From a virus, in IMG/VR virus record IMGVR_UViG_3300045988_113164: a stretch of 13,848 nucleotides of DNA, one strand, 5' to 3'. The notes below the pieces were generated by a model, which saw only the letters and a list, made by a program, of their open reading frames with translations, did not search any database and was not told the DNA's origin. How positions within the stretch are numbered: position 1 is the stretch's first letter; each line of letters opens with the position of its first letter. The position numbers and the translations under genes are program-made. This document shows positions 1 through 5,539 of this stretch, one piece after another.

Positions 1-134
1 GTGGTAGTACTTTAGCACATCACAGTGGTAACGCGTTAACGTGGTAAAGTGTTAAAGTTCCCACATGCGCTCGTCTATGCACTGGAATTATTAACAGCAC
101 AAGTTTTAGTTAATATAAAATAGTTGTTGACAAA
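1..134. repeat. Left inverted terminal repeat (ITR-L), 134 bp
   Basis: I reverse-complemented 13715-13848 block by block. It is identical to 1-134, and the first mismatch is at position 135 (t versus a). GTGGTA occurs at 1-6, 25-30 and 41-46. The palindrome TAACGCGTTA is at 29-38. Confidence 0.97.
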
Positions 135-155
135 TTATAAAAATTGAGTTATAAT
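127..155 (+). promoter_or_regulatory. Left-end early promoter: TTGACA, 17-nt spacer, TATAAT
   Basis: -35 TTGACA at 127-132, inside the ITR. The spacer is 17 nt. -10 TATAAT at 150-155, outside the ITR. Both hexamers are perfect sigma-A/sigma-70 consensus. The first RBS and ATG lie about 45 nt downstream. Confidence 0.8.
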
Positions 156-199
156 ATTGACGGAACATGATAATAAGTTAATAAGAAAGGTTGGTTGTT

Positions 200-607
200 A
201 TGAAGGTCAAAGATTTATATTTATGTTGTGATAATATTGAGGTGGATGACATAGTGGAAATTATATTCAAAGATGATGACACATTGATGTATGTATGTTT
301 GGGAGCGGCTACATATGATATACTTGATGAAACTGTTGATTCTTTCAATGTTACTGACGAGGACGTCACTATAAAATTAAGTAGTAGCCCACGAAATGTG
401 GAAAGGAAGGAGGGCATGTTATTTAAAGATTTATATTCTGCATGTTCAAATTTAAAAAGCGCTATGAGCGTGGAAGTCACGAAAGGAACATATGAAGAGA
501 GGTTAACAGTAGACGAATGTTTGGAAAAATATGGCGCAGACGAAGTTGCACGTTTTAGAATGTGCGGTGTTACGTCACAGTTTCTGAGAGTTGTTTTGAA
601 AGGATGA
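200..607 (+). CDS. Early protein made of two fused copies of the terminal small-protein family (135 aa)
   Basis: RBS AGAAAGG at 184-190 and ATG at 200. The track's TTG at 191 is less likely. The N-terminal half starts MKVKDLYLCCDN. The C-terminal half starts at an internal Met (ATG 416) as MLFKDLYSACSNLK and contains LEKYGADEV. Both halves resemble the right-end proteins, which start MTLRKLFEMCTNCN (this copy also carries LEKYGEYKV) and MTLRDVLLACGNLKNG. The linker residues ERKEG are encoded by gaaaggaaggaggg, which looks like a relic RBS. Confidence 0.7.
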   Translation: MKVKDLYLCCDNIEVDDIVEIIFKDDDTLMYVCLGAATYDILDETVDSFNVTDEDVTIKLSSSPRNVERKEGMLFKDLYSACSNLKSAMSVEVTKGTYEERLTVDECLEKYGADEVARFRMCGVTSQFLRVVLKG

Positions 608-613
608 TAATAT

Positions 614-703
614 ATGAAAGAAACGATACAGATCATGATCATTGCGCTATTAGCGGTGCTACTTATCATAGCACCGCCTACGCTATATCTATTCGGTTTC
701 TGA
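614..703 (+). CDS. Possible 29-aa single-pass membrane peptide
   Basis: Read by hand: MKETIQIMIIALLAVLLIIAPPTLYLFGF. RBS GAAAGGA lies 9 nt upstream and overlaps the stop codon of the preceding gene. The ORF is too short for the supplied track and has a hydrophobic core. Confidence 0.35.
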   Translation: MKETIQIMIIALLAVLLIIAPPTLYLFGF

Positions 704-720
704 TGTTTCACATGAAACAT
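703..720. promoter_or_regulatory. 18-bp palindrome ATGTTTCA-CA-TGAAACAT, copy 1
   Basis: Perfect 8+2+8 inverted repeat. It starts on the last base of the TGA at 701-703 and ends 19 nt before the ATG of the terminal-protein candidate, directly 5' of its RBS. Confidence 0.75.
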
Positions 721-739
721 ATAGAAAGGAGAACACAAA

Positions 740-1333
740 ATGGCGAAATTCAAACCATCAGCCAAATTGAGTTTTGGTACACTTGAGCATTATAATCCTC
801 AATATCTCATGAATAACTATACACCGTCTGAAATACGAAAAGAATATTCCAGAATCCGCGCGATTGCGGTCAAACGTTTAACCAGACTCGTGAAAGGCGG
901 ATTCGGTGAAACATCGGTATATAAATATAACGTTTTCAATACGAAAAAGTTATCAGAACTTACAGAAAAGCAGATTCCTTTAGCCCTTTCTCAATTAGCC
1001 CGTTTTCTTGATAATCCACTCTCAACCGTCACTGGTCAGAAAGCACAGAGGAAGCAGAAAATAGAAAAGTTGCAATCATACGGTTATGATGTCAACGAAA
1101 AGAACTTTCAGTCTTTCGTAGACTTTATGGAACTGCTTTCACAACAGGCAATAGACTTGCAATACGATTCGGAAGCAGTAGTGGAACTGTGGGAAGCAAC
1201 AAGAGATAAAGTATCACCAGCGACTATAGCAAAAGATTTAGATTCATGGTTGGAGAATCGTTTTTCGATTAGTAAGTTGCCGGACATTGCATCAAAAGAT
1301 GCGGATGAGATTCTGCGACTATTAAAGGAGTAA
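740..1333 (+). CDS. Terminal protein (replication primer) candidate, 197 aa
   Basis: Lies immediately upstream of the protein-primed PolB with a 3-nt gap, as phi29 gene 3 lies next to gene 2. The basic helical segment EYSRIRAIAVKRLTRLVKGGFG resembles phi29 TP EYARLVKNTKAKIARTKKKYG as I recall it. An acidic YDSEA motif with Ser144 resembles the phi29 priming-loop FDSEG. Strong RBS AAAGGAG. Confidence 0.5.
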   Translation: MAKFKPSAKLSFGTLEHYNPQYLMNNYTPSEIRKEYSRIRAIAVKRLTRLVKGGFGETSVYKYNVFNTKKLSELTEKQIPLALSQLARFLDNPLSTVTGQKAQRKQKIEKLQSYGYDVNEKNFQSFVDFMELLSQQAIDLQYDSEAVVELWEATRDKVSPATIAKDLDSWLENRFSISKLPDIASKDADEILRLLKE

Positions 1334-1336
1334 ACT

Positions 1337-3370
1337 ATGATAGCAGATGTATATGCCTTTGACTATTCGATTTTTAAAAAAGCAGGAAATGTGAAAAGAA
1401 AGAGAGGTTCACGGAATAAGAAAAACTATAAAAATCTGGTTTGTGCTTTTGACATTGAAACAACCCGAATAAAAGAAATCGAGCAAGCCGTCATGTATAT
1501 CTGGCAATTTCAAGTTGACGAAAAAGTAACTGTGATAGGGAGAACATGGAGAGACTTCGACTACTTTATGAGGGCTATCGCATCTGACTTGGAAGATACG
1601 GAATATGTCGTTGTTTATGTTCATAACCTTTCTTTTGAGTTCCAGTTTCTTTCGGGAATCTATCCTTTTTCAAAGGAAGAGGTTTTCGCTTTGGACAAAC
1701 GAAAAGTTTGCAAGTGTGAAATGTTTGAGCATTTTGAGTTCCGATGCTCCTACATTCAAACAAACATGAGTTTACAGACATTTACAGACAAAATGAACGT
1801 TAAGCATAAGAAACTTTCCGGCGATCTTGATTATAACGTGGAGCGTTATTCATATACACCGCTAAGTGACGAAGAATTTGCATATTGTATTAACGATGTG
1901 CAAGGTCTTGTAGAAGCGATTAAGACGGAAATGAAAAATGATGGCGATACATTGTATACAATCCCGCTTACCTCAACCGGATACGTTCGGCGTGATGTGA
2001 AAAACGCACTTGAAGGCAACCGTTGGATTATGGGAATCCAGCCGGATTTCGATGTCTATCAAGTAGCAAGAGAATCGTTCCGCGGCGGCAACACACATGC
2101 GAACCGATTCTATGCCGGATGGATTCTTGAGGGTGTCCATTCCGCCGATCGTTCCTCAAGTTATCCGGGTGTTCAGTGCAACAGAGCCTATCCGGTCACC
2201 CGATTTCACAAGATTTCAAAACCCGTTCCTGATGCAGGTCAGATCATTGATCTAATGAAAAGAAGAGAAAAAGCAATTTTGATGAGGGTATCATTCAAGG
2301 GAGTGTCCTTAAATGATTACTCTTGGGGGTGTCCCTATCTGGCAAAAGACAAGTGCAGAACAATTGTAAATGGAGTATTCGATAATGGGAGAATATTAAG
2401 CGCAGATTACTTGGAGACTTCCATTACGGACGTGGATTTAAGAATCATAGTCGAAGAGTATCATATTGACGAAATTGTACCGATTGAAGTTTATACCGCG
2501 CGCTATGGAAAACTCCCCGCCGCTATGATTGAAACCATTTGTCTGTATTATAAGAAGAAAACAGAGTTGAAGGACGTAGAAGGGCAGGAATATTTTTATA
2601 TGAAAAGTAAAAATAAGCTTAACTCTATCTATGGCATGACAGCGCAAGACCCTGTCAAAGAGTCAATATTGTATCAAGATGAAGAATTTACAATTGATAC
2701 GTCAAAGACGAAAAAAGAACTATTGGAAGAGTTCATGAAACGGGCGTTCATTCCTTACACCTGGGGTGTTTGGTGTACCGCATGGGCACGGTATGAACTG
2801 GAACGGGGTATGCGTATGGTGACAGATCAAGGCGGAACGTTTATTTACTGTGACACGGATTCTATCAAATATTTAGGTGATGTCGATTTCACAATCTACA
2901 ATAACGAAAAAATAAAGTTGTCTAAAGAGAACGGCGCATGGGCTACAGACCCTCAAGGTGTGGATCATTACATGGAAGTTTATGAACAGGAGAAAGACGC
3001 TGATCGTTTCATTACATGGGGAGCGAAAAAGTACGCATACGAAGCTGACGGGAAATTAAAGATCACGGTAGCAGGAGTGCCGAAAAAAGCTGGGGCGGAA
3101 GAATTAAAGAGGAAAGGTGGCTTGGATGTGTTAAAGCCCGGTTTTGTATTCAGCGATTGCGGCAAACTGGAAACTGTTTACAACGACAAACCGGAAATAA
3201 CAAAATATAAAAATAAGGACGGCAAGACGATAGAAATAACGAAAAATGTTGTGCTTAGACCAACGACATATGCAGTAGGCATAACGAAGGAATATGAAGA
3301 TATTTTACAAGATGCTCTATTGTATAATCAATCAGTAAAAATCTTAAAAGGAACAAATTTATTATCTTGA
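1337..3370 (+). CDS. Family-B DNA polymerase, protein-primed type (677 aa)
   Basis: Motifs read in the translation: ExoI FDIETT, ExoII HNLSFEFQFL, ExoIII YCINDVQGL, motif A DRSSSYPG (Dx2SxYP), motif B KNKLNSIYGM, motif C YCDTDS and KxY GAKKYAY. Each parallels the phi29 gp2 motif: HNLKFD, YIKNDIQ, DVNSLYP, KLMLNSLYG and YCDTDS. Confidence 0.95.
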   Translation: MIADVYAFDYSIFKKAGNVKRKRGSRNKKNYKNLVCAFDIETTRIKEIEQAVMYIWQFQVDEKVTVIGRTWRDFDYFMRAIASDLEDTEYVVVYVHNLSFEFQFLSGIYPFSKEEVFALDKRKVCKCEMFEHFEFRCSYIQTNMSLQTFTDKMNVKHKKLSGDLDYNVERYSYTPLSDEEFAYCINDVQGLVEAIKTEMKNDGDTLYTIPLTSTGYVRRDVKNALEGNRWIMGIQPDFDVYQVARESFRGGNTHANRFYAGWILEGVHSADRSSSYPGVQCNRAYPVTRFHKISKPVPDAGQIIDLMKRREKAILMRVSFKGVSLNDYSWGCPYLAKDKCRTIVNGVFDNGRILSADYLETSITDVDLRIIVEEYHIDEIVPIEVYTARYGKLPAAMIETICLYYKKKTELKDVEGQEYFYMKSKNKLNSIYGMTAQDPVKESILYQDEEFTIDTSKTKKELLEEFMKRAFIPYTWGVWCTAWARYELERGMRMVTDQGGTFIYCDTDSIKYLGDVDFTIYNNEKIKLSKENGAWATDPQGVDHYMEVYEQEKDADRFITWGAKKYAYEADGKLKITVAGVPKKAGAEELKRKGGLDVLKPGFVFSDCGKLETVYNDKPEITKYKNKDGKTIEITKNVVLRPTTYAVGITKEYEDILQDALLYNQSVKILKGTNLLS

Positions 3371-3436
3371 CAGGAATTAAAAAGAGAGTTATCATAGATA
3401 TGCAACAAAGAACAATACAAAGAAAGGAGCAGAAAC

Positions 3437-3688
3437 ATGAAAGGAACTATTAGCAAGACAGTGGTAACCACTCTGTTGGAAGTGACTCGCTATAACGAAG
3501 AAACGAAAACAGAGGAAACGGTTACAAGAAAGTTCATGACACTGAGAACCCCCAGCTACGAACGCATTGAAAATTATCTCATGGAAGATAAAGGATATCT
3601 CGGTTTCAAGGTGCTTTCCAGCACGGAAGAAGTCTATGCCATGGAAGCCGATGAATTTATTAAAAATGCAGTGAAAAAGGAGAGATGA
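3437..3688 (+). CDS. Hypothetical early protein (83 aa)
   Basis: RBS AAAGGAG 8 nt before the ATG, and the ORF runs in the operon direction. I recognise no motif. By position it could be a DNA-binding or regulatory protein. Confidence 0.6.
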   Translation: MKGTISKTVVTTLLEVTRYNEETKTEETVTRKFMTLRTPSYERIENYLMEDKGYLGFKVLSSTEEVYAMEADEFIKNAVKKER

Positions 3689-3690
3689 CA

Positions 3691-4038
3691 ATGAAAATCA
3701 TTCGAAGCAAAAGTGAAAAGATTACAGTAAAAGAGAAATATCTCATGTCAATGAATCCCGAGATTCGTAGAATGAGAGATGCTGAGGGGATGAATGTTCC
3801 GGTGCTTAACTGGATGATCTATTCCGAAAAGGACAAAGAGGGAAATGAACAGATCCTTCTTTCCATCCTGTCTGAGGATAATGTTGCATATGCAACAAAC
3901 AGCCGGACTTTCATCGAAGCATTTTCCGTACTCTGTGACATGTTCGCAGACAGCGGGGAAGAGATTGCCGCTATTAAGGTAATTGGTGGACAGTCAAAAA
4001 CAGGACGGCACTATATCACCTGTGCCTATGCTGAGTAA
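3691..4038 (+). CDS. Hypothetical early protein (115 aa), a positional candidate for an SSB or DNA-binding protein
   Basis: GGAG at 3679-3682 sits 8 nt before ATG 3691. ATG 3685, used by the track, is only 2 nt from the SD. The ORF is followed by an intrinsic terminator. The functional suggestion rests on position only. Confidence 0.6.
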   Translation: MKIIRSKSEKITVKEKYLMSMNPEIRRMRDAEGMNVPVLNWMIYSEKDKEGNEQILLSILSEDNVAYATNSRTFIEAFSVLCDMFADSGEEIAAIKVIGGQSKTGRHYITCAYAE

Positions 4039-4083
4039 CTATTAACAAATTATAAAACTATATCTCATTTGTGTATTTCAAGT

Positions 4084-4113
4084 AAAGCCCCGTTCCGTTA
4101 TCGGGGCTTTTTT
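4084..4113 (+). terminator. Rho-independent terminator ending the early replication operon
   Basis: Stem AAAGCCCCG (4084-4092) pairs with CGGGGCTTT (4102-4110). The loop is 9 nt. The T-run at 4108-4113 is TTTTTT. Confidence 0.8.
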
Positions 4114-4129
4114 CCATAGAGGTGATTAT

Positions 4130-5170
4130 ATGAAGGAAAAGAACATTTATGACCGTAATGGTTTCATCAATATACCGGCTATTTATAACATACCAGTACC
4201 GTTCATATTTATTGTAGGCGGTCGGGGAACTGGAAAAACGTATGGTGTCTGCAAATTCGCAATCGAGAGAAAGATCAAATTCGCACTGATGAGACGAACA
4301 CAAACACAGTCTGATCTGATTTCCAAACCGGAATTTTCACCACTCAAACCCGTCCTGAGCGATATGAACCGGATGTTCAAGGCCGTTTCATTGACAAAAC
4401 AGAACAGTGCGTTTTATGAAACGGATATGGAAGGAACGATTATTTCACCAGAGCCGTTCTGTTATTCACTTGCACTGTCAACCATTTCGAATATGCGTGG
4501 TTTTGATGCCAGTGATATCTCCCTCATCTTCTATGATGAGTTTATCGCAGAAGCGCACGAACGACCATTGAAAAATGAAGCAGAAGCCTTCTTTAACTGT
4601 TACGAAACAATTAACCGTAACCGTGAATTGAAAGGGATTGCACCTGTCAAAGTGATCTGTGCGGCCAACAGCAATAACATGGCAAATGAACTCTTTATAT
4701 CGTTGGGACTGGTGCTGAGAGCGGAAAAGATGTATCAGAACGGAACATCTATCTGGATAGATAAAGAACGGGGTCTAGCACTGATTATTTGTCAAGACAG
4801 CCCGGTTTCCGAAGCGAAAGAAAAAACAGCATTGTACAATTTGGTGTCAAGGGATTCTGACTTTTATCAGATGTCATTAAAGAACGTGTTCACGAAAGAC
4901 AGAGCGGATAACATCGGCAGTAGAAACATCAAGGAGTTTAAACCATTAGTCCATGTGGGCGAAATGTATATCTATCGACACAAGTCACGACAGGAGTACT
5001 ACGTCACCTCATTTAAGTCAGGAGTATTCAAAGAGAACTACACCATGAGCGAAAATGATAAAGTGCGTTTCCGCTTGAAATATCGCTACCTGTGGATTGC
5101 TTTCCTATCACGCTCCTTGTATCTTGAGAACTACATCATCCAAGTTCTTTTTACAAAATGTTTCATGTGA
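4130..5170 (+). CDS. DNA encapsidation (packaging) ATPase, phi29 gp16-like (346 aa)
   Basis: Walker A FIVGGRGTGKTY parallels gp16 FVIGARGIGKSY. FALMRRT parallels FIYVRRY. Walker B LIFYDEFI parallels IVFDEFI. NRNRELKGIAPVKVICAANS parallels RNRERVRCICLSNA. Confidence 0.9.
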   Translation: MKEKNIYDRNGFINIPAIYNIPVPFIFIVGGRGTGKTYGVCKFAIERKIKFALMRRTQTQSDLISKPEFSPLKPVLSDMNRMFKAVSLTKQNSAFYETDMEGTIISPEPFCYSLALSTISNMRGFDASDISLIFYDEFIAEAHERPLKNEAEAFFNCYETINRNRELKGIAPVKVICAANSNNMANELFISLGLVLRAEKMYQNGTSIWIDKERGLALIICQDSPVSEAKEKTALYNLVSRDSDFYQMSLKNVFTKDRADNIGSRNIKEFKPLVHVGEMYIYRHKSRQEYYVTSFKSGVFKENYTMSENDKVRFRLKYRYLWIAFLSRSLYLENYIIQVLFTKCFM

Positions 5171-5175
5171 AACAT
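5158..5175. promoter_or_regulatory. 18-bp palindrome, copy 2 (centre TG, the reverse complement of copies 1 and 3)
   Basis: ATGTTTCA-TG-TGAAACAT. It spans the ATPase stop codon (5168-5170) and ends 1 nt before the -35 hexamer of the following promoter. Confidence 0.75.
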
Positions 5176-5176
5176 C

Positions 5177-5206
5177 TTGCTAAAAAAGAGGGATGCGTGT
5201 TATAAT
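5177..5206 (+). promoter_or_regulatory. Promoter with extended -10: TTGCTA, 18-nt spacer, TGtTATAAT
   Basis: -35 TTGCTA at 5177-5182. TG at 5198-5199. -10 TATAAT at 5201-5206. It lies in the 171-bp non-coding gap between the ATPase gene and the late genes. Confidence 0.65.
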
Positions 5207-5212
5207 TATAGG

Positions 5213-5317
5213 TGAAAAGGAAGTGCTAGAAACAATCCCGGAAGGATGCACATGTTCTATGTTTCGGAACAGGAATCTTTTTCGACAGGCGGTATATATA
5301 CAACCGCCTGTTTTATT
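5213..5317 (+). ncRNA. Candidate short transcript or leader (~105 nt) running from the promoter to an intrinsic terminator
   Basis: The predicted start is about 5212-5214. Possible hairpins are ATCC/GGAT (5235-5248) and TGTTC/GAACA. The 5' GAAAAG could pair with CTTTTTC at about 5276-5283. The transcript would end at the 5285-5317 terminator. No convincing RBS or start lies inside: ATG 5246 directly abuts GGAAGG with no spacer. Confidence 0.35.
5285..5317 (+). terminator. Intrinsic terminator or attenuator upstream of the late operon
   Basis: A 9-bp stem, ACAGGCGGT (5285-5293) pairing with ACCGCCTGT (5303-5311). The loop is 9 nt and is followed by TTTATT. Confidence 0.65.
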
Positions 5318-5341
5318 AAACGGGAAGAAAGAGAGGTGTCC

Positions 5342-5539
5342 ATGGATGCAAACACTATAATGACGTTGGTGCAGAATTTAGGTTTTCCTGTCATTTGTTG
5401 CGGGGCGCTGTATTGGCGTATGCTGAAAGAGTCCGACAATCATAAGGCAGAAATGGAGAAAGTTACTGACGCATTAAACAACAACACACAGGCACTCATC
5501 CGATTGGAAGAATCATTGAAAGGAGAAAAAGAAAAATGA
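5342..5539 (+). CDS. Small membrane protein (65 aa), YvrJ-like, possible holin-type function
   Basis: RBS AGAGAGG precedes ATG 5342. Sequence MDANTIMTLVQNLGFPVICCGALYWRML has one hydrophobic helix with a GFP motif, then a charged coiled-coil tail. This is the pattern I recall for the YvrJ family. The track start at 5246 would translate through the terminator hairpin. Confidence 0.6.
   Translation: MDANTIMTLVQNLGFPVICCGALYWRMLKESDNHKAEMEKVTDALNNNTQALIRLEESLKGEKEK

Noticed and set aside
191-199. TTG start at 191 for the first early gene, as in the ORF track
   Set aside because: The RBS AGAAAGG (184-190) would directly abut it. ATG 200 has proper 9-nt spacing and gives an N-terminus, MKVKDLY, that matches the paralog family.
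178-765. 195-aa ORF on the minus strand that covers the left-end early region
   Set aside because: It is antisense to a gene with a good RBS and recognisable paralogs, and it runs against the promoter at 127-155. It has no RBS. Its Ser/Ile/Thr-rich sequence is typical of chance ORFs in AT-rich DNA.
562-786. 74-aa plus-strand ORF bridging the first early gene and the TP candidate
   Set aside because: It overlaps two better-supported genes and the 18-bp palindrome. It has no RBS, and it would read through the RBS and start of the 740 gene in another frame.
1771-1790. Perfect 10-bp direct repeat TTTACAGACA x2
   Set aside because: It lies inside the PolB ORF, encoding LQTFTDK. It is too short and isolated to suggest a function, so it is probably chance or minor slippage.
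3425-3445. Half-site AGAAACATGAAAG resembling one arm of the 18-bp palindrome at the start codon of the 83-aa gene
   Set aside because: Only one arm is present and there is no dyad partner. The resemblance is largely explained by the RBS and ATG context shared with copy 3.
5246-5341. Upstream in-frame start (ATG 5246, MHMFYVSEQ...) for the first late gene
   Set aside because: ATG 5246 has no spacer after GGAAGG. The extension would translate through a 9-bp GC-rich terminator hairpin. ATG 5342 has a proper RBS and begins at the membrane-helix domain.
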